From an uncultured virus (IMG/VR IMGVR_UViG_3300024507_000487) (Duplodnaviria; Heunggongvirae; Uroviricota; Caudoviricetes): a stretch of 64,000 nucleotides of DNA. The notes beneath the pieces are model-generated. The model saw only the letters and a program-made list of their open reading frames with translations. It made no database searches and was not told the DNA's origin. Of the stretch, positions 49,953 to 59,286 are shown piece by piece (position 1 is the first letter of the stretch; each line of letters opens with the position of its first letter). The stretch is taken from IMG/VR virus record IMGVR_UViG_3300024507_000487. One strand, 5' to 3'. The position numbers and the translations under genes are program-made.

Positions 49953-50633
49953 ATGAAAATTATATTTGATCATATAAATGGTTTTGGAAAAGTTTCAAAT
50001 CAAGATTTGATTTATACACCTATTTTTGCTTACCCAGATATAAATGATAACTTTGATGATTTGCTTGAGCAAGGATGGTTGCCTTGGGATAATTATTGGT
50101 TTCAATCTCGAAGTGTCAGATACAACCTTTCAAAAATCGAATTCCATAAAAAAACAAAAAAACTTGCAAAAAAAATAGAATATCAAATTGGAAAACCTTC
50201 AAATGAAGATATTTTAAGAATTTCAAATTCATATCAATCTAAAAAAGGTTTTATAAGTGAACATGTTTTTGACAATGAATTAATGTTAGAAAATACTATA
50301 CAATATTTTTATGAATCAAATCTAATAGGATTTGTTTGTTATAAACTATTTAAAAAATCATTCATAGGTGTTCAGTTTGCTTGGGATTATGAAAAACCGT
50401 CTTTATCTTTAGGAAGTATAAGTACACTAATAGAATGCACTTTAGCAAAAAGATCTGGGTGTATTTATTATTATATGATGGGCGGTTATGAAGAATGTTC
50501 TCTTTATAAAAATCAGTTTAATGGCTTTGAATGGTGGACAGGTAAAGAATGGTCAAGCGATAAAGAACTTTATCAAAGTTTATGCAGGAGAGATTCTTTA
50601 ATAGAGATAAAAAATGTCAATTGTAATATATGA
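49953..50633 (+). CDS. Arginyl/leucyl-tRNA-protein transferase-like protein (ATE/Bpt family)
   Basis: LLEQGW...SVRY; WDYEKPSLSLGSISTLIECTLAKRSGCIYYYM.GGY...YK.QF. Confidence 0.65.
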   Translation: MKIIFDHINGFGKVSNQDLIYTPIFAYPDINDNFDDLLEQGWLPWDNYWFQSRSVRYNLSKIEFHKKTKKLAKKIEYQIGKPSNEDILRISNSYQSKKGFISEHVFDNELMLENTIQYFYESNLIGFVCYKLFKKSFIGVQFAWDYEKPSLSLGSISTLIECTLAKRSGCIYYYMMGGYEECSLYKNQFNGFEWWTGKEWSSDKELYQSLCRRDSLIEIKNVNCNI

Positions 50634-50832
50634 GCCAAGACAAGAATTAGAAGTTGAAACACCTAAAGGAAGAGGAAGAATTTGGCTCGTAACTGAATAT
50701 GGTACTGAGATAGAAAAAATATTTACAGTTATATTAAATAATGGCTTAATATGGGAATTTACTAATAAGGATGTTGTTGCAACAAAAAATATAACTATGG
50801 GAAGAACAAATGTCGATTGCAAACCAAATTAA
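50614..50832 (+). CDS. Hypothetical protein
   Basis: 72-aa ORF (VETPKGRG...EYG). Confidence 0.55.
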   Translation: MSIVIYEPRQELEVETPKGRGRIWLVTEYGTEIEKIFTVILNNGLIWEFTNKDVVATKNITMGRTNVDCKPN

Positions 50833-51202
50833 ACAGTTTTTTTCTGTATCTTCTGTTGTTATTGTAGATATAGATAATACCGTTTTAAGAAATGGTATAT
50901 ATCCAATAAAAAAAATGGTTGATTATATAAATGAATTGTCAAAAGATCATAAAATATATATGATTACTGGAAGACCAGAATCTAATAGATCAGAAACTGT
51001 TAAATCATTAAAAAAAGCAGGATTGAAATACAATCGCTTAATGATGAATAACATTGGTGGAAGTCCAAAAGATCAGCTAGAGTCTAAAAGAAAACATGCA
51101 CAATCAATAAAAGATAAAATTATATTAGCTATAGATGATAATCCAAAAGCTAGAAATGTATATAAAAAATTAGGCATTAAAACTAAATCTCCTAAAAAAT
51201 GA
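50810..51202 (+). CDS. HAD-family phosphatase (PNKP 3'-phosphatase-like)
   Basis: VDIDNT, ITGRP, K, IDDNP motifs I-IV. Confidence 0.8.
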   Translation: MSIANQIKQFFSVSSVVIVDIDNTVLRNGIYPIKKMVDYINELSKDHKIYMITGRPESNRSETVKSLKKAGLKYNRLMMNNIGGSPKDQLESKRKHAQSIKDKIILAIDDNPKARNVYKKLGIKTKSPKK

Positions 51203-51699
51203 TTAAATTTATAACAAAAGCAGACTATAATAAAAAGTGTTTAGAAGATAAATATTTTATAAATAGATGGAATTATTATAATGATGCTATAGAACTAGCA
51301 AAGAGTTTAAGTCCTCAGTCTGTTCTTGAATTAGGTTGCTCATCTTTTCCGCTATGTTTAAATTCAACAAGAATAGATTCAAAATATAATAGTGAAATCA
51401 ATCATGTTTTTGATTGCACAAAAACCCCTTGGGATTTTAAAGAAAGATTTGATTTATTAATATGTTTACAAACTTTTGAACATTTTAAAAACAAACAAAC
51501 AGAAGTATTTAATCAAATAAAAAAAATAGTTAACAAAGCTATAATATCAGTTCCATATAAGTGGAATAAACCAAATAACTGTCATCATAATATAGATGAA
51601 AATACATTATTGAAATGGTTTGAAATAAAACCAACTTTTGAAAAAATATCTATTGACTCTAATAGAAAAAGATTAATATGTCTTTATGAATTTTTTTGA
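51199..51699 (+). CDS. Class I SAM methyltransferase-like protein
   Basis: SVLELGC, FDLLICLQTFEH, IISVP. Confidence 0.72.
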   Translation: MIKFITKADYNKKCLEDKYFINRWNYYNDAIELAKSLSPQSVLELGCSSFPLCLNSTRIDSKYNSEINHVFDCTKTPWDFKERFDLLICLQTFEHFKNKQTEVFNQIKKIVNKAIISVPYKWNKPNNCHHNIDENTLLKWFEIKPTFEKISIDSNRKRLICLYEFF

Positions 51700-52342
51700 A
51701 GACATAACTATTTGTTCTGTAGATTGCGTTAATCATAAAAAAGCGATTGCAGCTATGTTGTATAGTATGCAATTCTTTAATTTTAAAGAATCTATTTTTA
51801 TATCTGATGAACAAAAAGTAAAAACAAACAAAATAAAACATATACAAGTCAATAAAATAAAAAGCAAAGAAGAATATAGTAAATTTATTTTAGTAGATTT
51901 GAATAAATTTATTAATACTAAGTATGTTTTAGTGATTCAACACGATGGATTTATAATAAATCCAAACTCATGGGATGATTCATTCTTAGAATATGATTAT
52001 ATAGGCGCACCTTGGAAAAATGATGAATACATAAATAAAGTTGGTAATGGCGGATTTAGTTTAAGATCAAAAAAACTTTTAGAGTTTATATCTAATAAAT
52101 ATAAAGATAAACAAATTATATTCAATGAAGATTTAGAAATATGCAATCAATCATATAATGAATTAGTAGATAATGGTTTTAAATTCCCAGACATTAAAAC
52201 AGCTTTTAAATTTTCTATCGAACATAAAAGACCTGAGTTTTTTGATAAACCATTTGGTTTTCATGGTTTTCCATTTACAAAAATAGGTATGGAATCAAAA
52301 TTAAAAATAATGGAATGGAGCAAGAATGAAAATTTATACTAA
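51686..52342 (+). CDS. DUF5672 glycosyltransferase-like protein
   Basis: IQHDGFI, YDYIGAPW, VGNGGFSLRS, NED, FGFHG. Confidence 0.8.
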   Translation: MNFFEDITICSVDCVNHKKAIAAMLYSMQFFNFKESIFISDEQKVKTNKIKHIQVNKIKSKEEYSKFILVDLNKFINTKYVLVIQHDGFIINPNSWDDSFLEYDYIGAPWKNDEYINKVGNGGFSLRSKKLLEFISNKYKDKQIIFNEDLEICNQSYNELVDNGFKFPDIKTAFKFSIEHKRPEFFDKPFGFHGFPFTKIGMESKLKIMEWSKNENLY

Positions 52343-52838
52343 AACAGGAGATGATGGAACAACCTTTTTGCCTAAAGTTGGGCGTGTTCCAAAAACTGAC
52401 CCACACATTCAATTGTTAGGAAGTGTTGATGAACTTAACGCTTCAATAGGTTTAGTAAATCAAAAATATGTTTTAGAATTAAAAATTCAAAACGCTTATG
52501 ATTTTATTGTAGACATACAAAAACATTTATTTGATATAGGCGCTGAAATAGCTACGGGCGAAGCAAGAATAGATGACAAGCATATTAAAGAAATAGAAGG
52601 CAAAATTGACGACATGACTAAGCTTTTAAAGCCATTGAAAAACTTTATAATACCTTTTAATCATTGTGAAATTCATCTAGCAAGAGCAGTATGTAGAAGG
52701 GTTGAAATTGATTTAGTCAAATTAATGGAAGTTCATCAAAACCTAAAGAAAATAGTTGTATATATAAATAGATTGAGTGATTTTTTGTTTACCTTGGCTA
52801 GACTTTTGGGTCCAGAAGAAAAAATTTGGCATGGATAA
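52326..52838 (+). CDS. pduO: ATP:cob(I)alamin adenosyltransferase (PduO type)
   Basis: MKIYTKTGDDGTT, GSVDELNASIG, IQKHLFDIG, ARAVCRRVE, YINRLSDFLFTLAR. Confidence 0.92.
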   Translation: MKIYTKTGDDGTTFLPKVGRVPKTDPHIQLLGSVDELNASIGLVNQKYVLELKIQNAYDFIVDIQKHLFDIGAEIATGEARIDDKHIKEIEGKIDDMTKLLKPLKNFIIPFNHCEIHLARAVCRRVEIDLVKLMEVHQNLKKIVVYINRLSDFLFTLARLLGPEEKIWHG

Positions 52839-52841
52839 TAT

Positions 52842-53285
52842 ATGATCAATTTACCATTGGCTGATAGACATTGTAGTGATTGTGATGTTTGTTGCACAAT
52901 TTTAATTGTTCAAGAACTAAACAAGCCAGAATATACAAATTGTCATCACCAAAACAAAGGCTGTATGATTTATGATACAAGACCGGAAATATGTAGAAAG
53001 TGGTCTTGTTCTTGGGTTTTAGGTATTTTGCCAGGCGATGAAACCATTAGACCCAATAATCTTGGTTTAATGTTTTATCCAGCACCAAAACAAAATGATC
53101 TTGGTTTTGCCCACATGCTAGGTCAAGAAGTGTGGGAAAATGCATCTGATTCAGAATTAGGAAAATCTGTAATAAATTATATAGCCAAACACATGCTTGT
53201 TTTAATAAGGAAGTATGGATCAAATTCAATTAAATTTGCTGGCCCGAAAGAACAACAAGAAGCATTTTTAAAAATTGCTAAATAG
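52842..53285 (+). CDS. YkgJ-family CxxCxxCC protein
   Basis: CSDCDVCC...CHH...CMIYDTRPEICRKWSC. Confidence 0.8.
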   Translation: MINLPLADRHCSDCDVCCTILIVQELNKPEYTNCHHQNKGCMIYDTRPEICRKWSCSWVLGILPGDETIRPNNLGLMFYPAPKQNDLGFAHMLGQEVWENASDSELGKSVINYIAKHMLVLIRKYGSNSIKFAGPKEQQEAFLKIAK

Positions 53286-54528
53286 ATATTTCTCCTGGTA
53301 TTCTTATATCGTTTGATATTTTTAATAAGTCCGCTTTAACATATAAGATGTTGTGAGTTTTATGCCATTCTGTTGGGAAGAAATTTTTAATTCTATTTAA
53401 TTGAAATCTTACTGGTGTTCCAATATATTTTGCGGTTTCTGCTTTAGTATAATACCAAAAACTATTACTATTCCAAAAACTTATATGAGTTGGATCTTGA
53501 AAAGCTCCTCTTCCGTCAGTTGATGGAGTTTGTGTTAAAAACCATCCCAAAGGAGATAAGCAACGATAAGCTTCTTTCATAACATGGATTGGGTTTTTTA
53601 AATGCTCTAATGCATCGTGCGCCCTTATAACACCAACAGAATTGTCTTCAAAAGGCCAAGGATTATTTAAATCGTGTACGATATTTCCGTTTTCTAGATC
53701 AACAGATTTATATCCAGCAGGACTATTAAAACCGCCACATAGATCTATTTTTAAAAGACCGTTTAAGTCTGACCATTTTTCTGCTAATTGATATATATAT
53801 CTATCGTGTATATTTAGTGTTTCCTCTTGAATAAAAGCGTTTTTCTCTCCATAACATGTATTTCCTTTATGCCTATAATATATATAAAGACATTTATCCA
53901 AGTGTTTTACATTTCCATGTATATATGTTCTGCAAAGAATGTCATGATCATCTAAGACATCCATTTTTTCATTATGTCCACCGATTTTCTCATAAAAAGA
54001 TTTCTTCCAAGCTCTAACATGATTTGGTGCAAACCATATTTTTGAAAAGCAAGCTGCTGAAGGTTCAAAAGAAATCAATTCTAAAAGTTTTTTTCCATTA
54101 TATTCAAATGGTCTATTTCTCCATCCATATACATCAGAATAAACAAATGGTTTTCCATTAAAGTCTATCTCTGCACAATTTGAGTAAACAAAATCTATAG
54201 ATTCAGATTCATTAAAACACTTATGCAACTCTTCTAAACAATCTGGAGTTAATTCATCATCGTGATCAACTTCGACAATAACATGACCTTTCCCAGCCAT
54301 TGACGCTTCTTTTTTAAATAAACCTATTAGTTTTGAATCTGGTTTGGATGAATTTATAATTCTTGGTTTTAAACTTAAAGAATCCAAATCAATAGTAGCA
54401 TTGCCATTTGGTAAAACTACCCATTCAAAATCTTTAAAAGCTTGATTTGCTAAAGACCTAGACAGTCTTGGCAAATATTGTCCATTATTCGTAGGTGTTA
54501 CTATTGAAAAGTATGGCATTAGTTCCAA
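53278..54528 (-). CDS. GT2 glycosyltransferase fused to a SAM-methyltransferase-like domain
   Basis: FSIVTPT, EVDHDDEL, DDHDI; C-terminal IDLCGG...AHDALEH...QDPTH. Confidence 0.85.
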   Translation of the reverse strand: MELMPYFSIVTPTNNGQYLPRLSRSLANQAFKDFEWVVLPNGNATIDLDSLSLKPRIINSSKPDSKLIGLFKKEASMAGKGHVIVEVDHDDELTPDCLEELHKCFNESESIDFVYSNCAEIDFNGKPFVYSDVYGWRNRPFEYNGKKLLELISFEPSAACFSKIWFAPNHVRAWKKSFYEKIGGHNEKMDVLDDHDILCRTYIHGNVKHLDKCLYIYYRHKGNTCYGEKNAFIQEETLNIHDRYIYQLAEKWSDLNGLLKIDLCGGFNSPAGYKSVDLENGNIVHDLNNPWPFEDNSVGVIRAHDALEHLKNPIHVMKEAYRCLSPLGWFLTQTPSTDGRGAFQDPTHISFWNSNSFWYYTKAETAKYIGTPVRFQLNRIKNFFPTEWHKTHNILYVKADLLKISNDIRIPGEISI

Positions 54529-55133
54529 CTCCGTTCATCTAATATGTTTTCTTTTGGTTTTAAGTCGATTACTTTTGCTTCTTTTATTGAATCAAATGGT
54601 ATAAAAATTAATATTTTTCCATATTCATTTGTATCTTTTCCTTCATCTATCTTAAAACAAACCTCAGACAAATTTGAATTTGATTTTAAAAATTTACTTT
54701 TTGTCGGTTTTAATTTAGCCTCTTTGTATATATTAGCAACGCTTTCTATTGTTTTTTCATTAATAGAATTTTTTGCTATTTCTTTAATCTTGCTCGTTTC
54801 TGCAACAATTATCTTTGTCTTAGATGAATTTAAACAAATATAAAAATCCGCTTTTGTCCTTACATCTCTACCAGGAACATTTTCAAATTGATTGTTTTCT
54901 CTTGGTATAAATTTCCAACATTCATAAATTATGTCAGATTGGTTATCACGACATTTAAATTGAGCAGTTTTATTATATTTATCACACCTATAATCAATCA
55001 TTGATTCTTTATCTTCTTGTAATCCCACTTTTTTAAAATTATATCCATATCTATGATTCAGATACTTAGCTACATATTCTGCTAATTCATTTCCTTTTTT
55101 TATTCTATGCATTATTTTTTCTTTGTTAATCAT
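54519..55133 (-). CDS. Hypothetical protein, possible PD-(D/E)XK nuclease
   Basis: GNELAE...IDY...AQFKCR...IIYE. Confidence 0.4.
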   Translation of the reverse strand: MINKEKIMHRIKKGNELAEYVAKYLNHRYGYNFKKVGLQEDKESMIDYRCDKYNKTAQFKCRDNQSDIIYECWKFIPRENNQFENVPGRDVRTKADFYICLNSSKTKIIVAETSKIKEIAKNSINEKTIESVANIYKEAKLKPTKSKFLKSNSNLSEVCFKIDEGKDTNEYGKILIFIPFDSIKEAKVIDLKPKENILDERSWN

Positions 55134-55542
55134 TTATATCCATCTTTTCTAAGTATTCGTTTCTAATATCTGTAAATGACTTAATCATTTCTTCGGTATT
55201 CATTTTTAATTCTTTTTTCTTACGCAAAGAAAATTCTTCTAATGTCTCTTCATCCTTGTTTAAAAGTCTTACAAAGTCTTTAGATTCATTTTTTGGTGCT
55301 ATTTGAATAACCGTATCATTTGTGCCGTCTGCATTTAAAGTAAATCTTTTTCTTACCTCTAAATTTACATATGGATTTATGTTTATAATATCTCCGCCGT
55401 TATCAATTATTTCAGATACAATTTCAAAATCTTCATCGTCTGAAAAACCTATTAGTTCTTGAAATTTTTCTAGAGGTATTAAAACCAAAGAACCGCTGGT
55501 TGTACTAATTTCGCTGTGTAGATCAGATCTTAGAGACTTCAT
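55126..55542 (-). CDS. Hypothetical protein
   Basis: AGGAGAGG SD; 138 aa. Confidence 0.6.
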   Translation of the reverse strand: MKSLRSDLHSEISTTSGSLVLIPLEKFQELIGFSDDEDFEIVSEIIDNGGDIININPYVNLEVRKRFTLNADGTNDTVIQIAPKNESKDFVRLLNKDEETLEEFSLRKKKELKMNTEEMIKSFTDIRNEYLEKMDIND

Positions 55543-55599
55543 ATTCCTCTCCTTAAAAATTTAATCATAAAATAAATAAACACACCAATAGAAATGCCT

Positions 55600-56175
55600 T
55601 TAATAATATTTACAATTAAGAGTATCATTAACTGCATTAATCGTTTCAGAAAGTATTTGCTCCATACTCTTTTCTTCGATTTTCCTACAAATATATTTAC
55701 CGAGACACCATGCTTGATTTACTTTTAAATGATTTGGACTGTGCATTAAAAACGGCTCTATAGTTTTTGATCTGTTTGTCAAAATTATAATCATTTTTAA
55801 GTTATCATTTGAATTTTTAGAATAATCAATTAATTCTTTTGCAACACTAATACATGTTTCATCATCAAAAAAAATATCATAATTATTCAATAATATTGCA
55901 TGATCAAATCCATAATGACACGATTCTTTTATAATAGAAACAATATCTTCTAATGATTTTTCCAAATTCAAACAAGTTTTTTTATTTTCAGTAATTATTA
56001 AATTCTTATTATTCAAAAACTTTTCGCATACATCTAAAAAATATTTTGATATTAAATAGTTATTTGATGTAATAAACAAAATTTTTGATTCAGTAATTTT
56101 TAATTCTGGTTTTAGTTTGCATTCATCGCTTTTGTTTTCTATAAATGTTTTTAATTCATTTAAAAACTGAACCAT
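55600..56175 (-). CDS. Hypothetical protein
   Basis: 191-aa ORF in operon. Confidence 0.55.
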   Translation of the reverse strand: MVQFLNELKTFIENKSDECKLKPELKITESKILFITSNNYLISKYFLDVCEKFLNNKNLIITENKKTCLNLEKSLEDIVSIIKESCHYGFDHAILLNNYDIFFDDETCISVAKELIDYSKNSNDNLKMIIILTNRSKTIEPFLMHSPNHLKVNQAWCLGKYICRKIEEKSMEQILSETINAVNDTLNCKYY

Positions 56176-56584
56176 CGGTATTCTCCATACATGTAGGACA
56201 AAATATTCTTTTTATAAATCTGTAATCATCTACTCCGCTATCCATTAAAAAAGTATGCCCACATTCTAATTCCGCTATCCACTTACCAAATTTTTTTAAT
56301 TTAAACTTTTTAACCTTTTCATTTGCTGTTACGACAAAAATTTTTTTATCTTTATACATAATTGTCATTACAAAAAAAATTAACTCCTCAAAAAATGGTA
56401 TTGTAACAATATGATTATTTTCTGTTTTTTCTGTCACCTTTTTTATATTTGGAAAATTTTCTTTACATAAAACACTAAGCAATGTTTTCCAAGAACACTT
56501 TAATTTTTCTTTTTCTCGTTTAGCTGTATCTCCAGCTATAACATAAAACTTTTCGTTATTTAATTTGAAAAAAACATTTTTCAT
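56156..56584 (-). CDS. Hypothetical protein with C-terminal Zn ribbon
   Basis: WIAELECGH...CPTC. Confidence 0.55.
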   Translation of the reverse strand: MKNVFFKLNNEKFYVIAGDTAKREKEKLKCSWKTLLSVLCKENFPNIKKVTEKTENNHIVTIPFFEELIFFVMTIMYKDKKIFVVTANEKVKKFKLKKFGKWIAELECGHTFLMDSGVDDYRFIKRIFCPTCMENTDGSVFK

Positions 56585-56868
56585 TATTCACACAAAAGAA
56601 AAAACTTATCATTTTCAAACAATGGTTTTAGTCTCATGTCATTTCCAAATGTATCCTCTAATATAACAATGCATTTTGGCATAAAAAGGTATTCTTTTAT
56701 ATACTCGCTTTCTAATAATAATGGTAAACAATCATTATAATCATTAATTTTTTTTAAAAACTTTCTTTTCTTTACATTATCACAACCGATGTATTCTATC
56801 CAAACATTAAAAAAATATGACATGGCTATTTCAGTTTTGGTATTTGTATGATGCTTTCCAAATCCCAC
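56584..56868 (-). CDS. Hypothetical protein
   Basis: ORF in operon; true start probably MSYFF. Confidence 0.45.
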   Translation of the reverse strand: MGFGKHHTNTKTEIAMSYFFNVWIEYIGCDNVKKRKFLKKINDYNDCLPLLLESEYIKEYLFMPKCIVILEDTFGNDMRLKPLFENDKFFLLCE

Positions 56869-57200
56869 CCCATAATATATCTATTCTTAGCAAAGAAGTA
56901 ATCAAGATTATTTTTTTTACAAAATTCAACGAATGTTATTATTTCGTCTTTGTATTCTACCCATATTGTAGTTTCTTTATTAGCTTTGTTTTGTTTAATA
57001 ACAGAGTCTTTTTTGTAACATCCACAACTTACAGTTCTTCCATTCATTATGTTGTTTAAATAAATAATTTTTTCTTTTCCACAATCACATAAAACTTTAA
57101 CCATCTTGCAAATCTGTCCAGATGGCATTTTTTTAGATTCTACTTCTTCTAATATTGTAAGTCTCCCTACCTTCATTAAATTCCTCCGCACAACTGTCAC
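56826..57200 (-). CDS. HNH-endonuclease-derived protein lacking the nuclease core
   Basis: GRLTIL...CDCG...SCGC N-module joined directly to a YKDEIITFVEFC...GWDLE HTH module. Confidence 0.6.
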   Translation of the reverse strand: MTVVRRNLMKVGRLTILEEVESKKMPSGQICKMVKVLCDCGKEKIIYLNNIMNGRTVSCGCYKKDSVIKQNKANKETTIWVEYKDEIITFVEFCKKNNLDYFFAKNRYIMGWDLESIIQIPKLK

Positions 57201-57387
57201 ACATTTCTATCCAACTGTCACCTAATATACTATTCGCCTTATCTATCTTATTTATATTTAAAATTTCATTGCATATTTCACATTTCATATTTTCTTTTAA
57301 AGAACAATCAAAACATTGCCATTCTATGGTACTTTCTTCTAAGTAAATATAGTCTGGAATTTCTTCATTGCATGTTTTGCAGTTCAT
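57133..57387 (-). CDS. Zn-finger hypothetical protein
   Basis: Four CxxC pairs; AGGAG SD. Confidence 0.6.
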   Translation of the reverse strand: MNCKTCNEEIPDYIYLEESTIEWQCFDCSLKENMKCEICNEILNINKIDKANSILGDSWIEMCDSCAEEFNEGRETYNIRRSRI

Positions 57388-57407
57388 TATAGCTCCTTAA
57401 AAGCTTA

Positions 57408-57427
57408 AAGGGGGCTTTCGCCCCCTT
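57408..57427 (-). terminator. Likely intrinsic terminator
   Basis: AAGGGGGC-GAAA-GCCCCCTT hairpin 10 nt after the stop of 57438..57665, followed by TAAGCTTTT. Confidence 0.7.
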
Positions 57428-57437
57428 CTTGCATTTA

Positions 57438-57665
57438 TTAACGACAACGAAGCTTAAAAGCACGATGCCTTGAACTGCATCCGCCAGAACCACAAGAGTT
57501 CTGAACTACTTCCTGCTTTGTTGAAGTTTCAGCCTTCTTTTCTACTACTGGAGCAGCAGCAACACCGCAACTTCCATTAGAGCAAGAAGAACCACCACGA
57601 AGCCTGATACCATCCAAAGTCTCAGAACTCGTAGCAATGGCAATAGCCATAACAAAACTCAACAT
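57438..57665 (-). CDS. Small Cys/Gly-rich secreted peptide (75 aa)
   Basis: AGGAGG SD before MLSFVMAIAIA; two SCxxGxC motifs. Confidence 0.65.
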   Translation of the reverse strand: MLSFVMAIAIATSSETLDGIRLRGGSSCSNGSCGVAAAPVVEKKAETSTKQEVVQNSCGSGGCSSRHRAFKLRCR

Positions 57666-57830
57666 GATACTTCCTCCTAAAGAAAAAACAACGATTAGCA
57701 ACACACTAACCATCTACTCTTTTATTCGACAACCAAGACAAAAAATTAACAGATTTATTTTTTTTATCAATATCAGCTATGACTATTTTAAAAATAAAAA
57801 TATTACACATCTTAACATTTGATAAGATAG

Positions 57831-57995
57831 TTAATCTTTTTCTTTTTTATATTTAGCAACTGATTTAATTTCTGCTGCTTTATTATACCTATCTTTACAC
57901 TTAGGGCAAATTCTATAATAAATTGGATTTTGTGATAAAAATTCTTTATCGCACCACCCTAAACACTTTGTCATCCTTGCATTTTTTTTAAGCAT
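57831..57995 (-). CDS. Small Zn-finger protein (54 aa, not in the ORF track)
   Basis: MLKKNARMTKCLGWCDKEFLSQNPIYYRICPKCKD...; AGGA SD. Confidence 0.65.
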   Translation of the reverse strand: MLKKNARMTKCLGWCDKEFLSQNPIYYRICPKCKDRYNKAAEIKSVAKYKKEKD

Positions 57996-58005
57996 GATTG
58001 TTCCT

Positions 58006-59286
58006 TTAAAAGATATCTAGAGGTTTTCCTTCTGTAATAGCCATGGGTCGTCCAATGTTGTCTCTAATTTGAGCAGATAGATCCATATCTAAAGCTTTAT
58101 AAACAGTAGCATATACATCGCCTATTGAGCATGGCTTATCCTTAATGTCTAAACCATCTTTGCTAGTAGAACCATAAGCTTGTCCACCCTTAATGGAACC
58201 TCCGCCTACTACTATAGACCAACATCTTGCCCAATGATCTCGTCCACCATTTTGATTAATCTTAGGTGTACGACCAAATTCGCCCATCCATAAAACTACA
58301 GTATCTTTCCAAAGACCAATATCGTTTAGTTCTTTTACAAGGTTTCCAAAACCTTTATCAAGCCGAGGGCCATTACCATTCCTAATAGTAGAAAAGATAT
58401 TATTATGATTATCCCATCCGCCGAGATCCACTTGAACACAACTAACTCCCTTCTCAATTAATTTTCTTGCAAGAAGGCATCCCATGCCAAACTGATTCAT
58501 CCTACCGCCATAAGCATCTATAGTCGCTTGGCTTTCGTTCTTTATTTCAAATACAGTTCTAAGTGGCGAAATAGTTAGATCAAATGCTTTACCATATATA
58601 GAAGCATGTGATTGTGCGACATTACCTAAACTTTCTCTGTCTTTTGCACCTTTTACATGAGGCATTATCTTTGCAGCAAACTCATCTTCTATTCCGTAGA
58701 ATAATCTCTGCCTTCTTCTAAGACGCTCTTCTTCATTGCCAATTTCTGATGGTGGCTTTATATTTTCTGGAGGAACGCCAGGATTTTGCACAACAAAAGG
58801 AGTGTACATTGCGCCAAGGAATCCTGGCCCAATGCGTTGTGCAGTTCCACCAATTCCAATAAAATTAGGTAATGGCAACTCTTTAGAGCCAATCATAGAA
58901 GATACAACTGCGCCCATAGCTGGATATTGCACTACTGGGTTTGGTTGCTTGGCCGTATTCATTAAGAATGTGCCACGCTCATGACTGCCTTCATTAGTAA
59001 CCAAAGATCTAATAGCCACCAAGTGTTTGAACTGTTCAGCAACTGTTGGCAATACCTCACTAATCTGCACTCCGTTTGCAGAAGTTTTGATCTGTTTAAA
59101 GTCTCCACCAGTTGATTCTCCTGTCTTCAAATCCCATAAATCCATATGACTTGGGCCACCACTCATCCAAAGCACAATGAGTCTTTTTCCCTTTTTCTTT
59201 ATGGTTTCTTGCTGTGCATATAGATTAGATACTAATGCAAGAGAAGCAAATTCTGTTGTATGCTGTAAAAAGTGTCGCCTGTTCAT
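58006..59286 (-). CDS. DUF1501 family protein with twin-arginine signal
   Basis: MNRRHFL, LWMSGGPSHMDLWDLK, GCLLARKLIEKGV, GGWDNH, GEFGRTPKIN, GRDHW. Confidence 0.92.
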   Translation of the reverse strand: MNRRHFLQHTTEFASLALVSNLYAQQETIKKKGKRLIVLWMSGGPSHMDLWDLKTGESTGGDFKQIKTSANGVQISEVLPTVAEQFKHLVAIRSLVTNEGSHERGTFLMNTAKQPNPVVQYPAMGAVVSSMIGSKELPLPNFIGIGGTAQRIGPGFLGAMYTPFVVQNPGVPPENIKPPSEIGNEEERLRRRQRLFYGIEDEFAAKIMPHVKGAKDRESLGNVAQSHASIYGKAFDLTISPLRTVFEIKNESQATIDAYGGRMNQFGMGCLLARKLIEKGVSCVQVDLGGWDNHNNIFSTIRNGNGPRLDKGFGNLVKELNDIGLWKDTVVLWMGEFGRTPKINQNGGRDHWARCWSIVVGGGSIKGGQAYGSTSKDGLDIKDKPCSIGDVYATVYKALDMDLSAQIRDNIGRPMAITEGKPLDIF

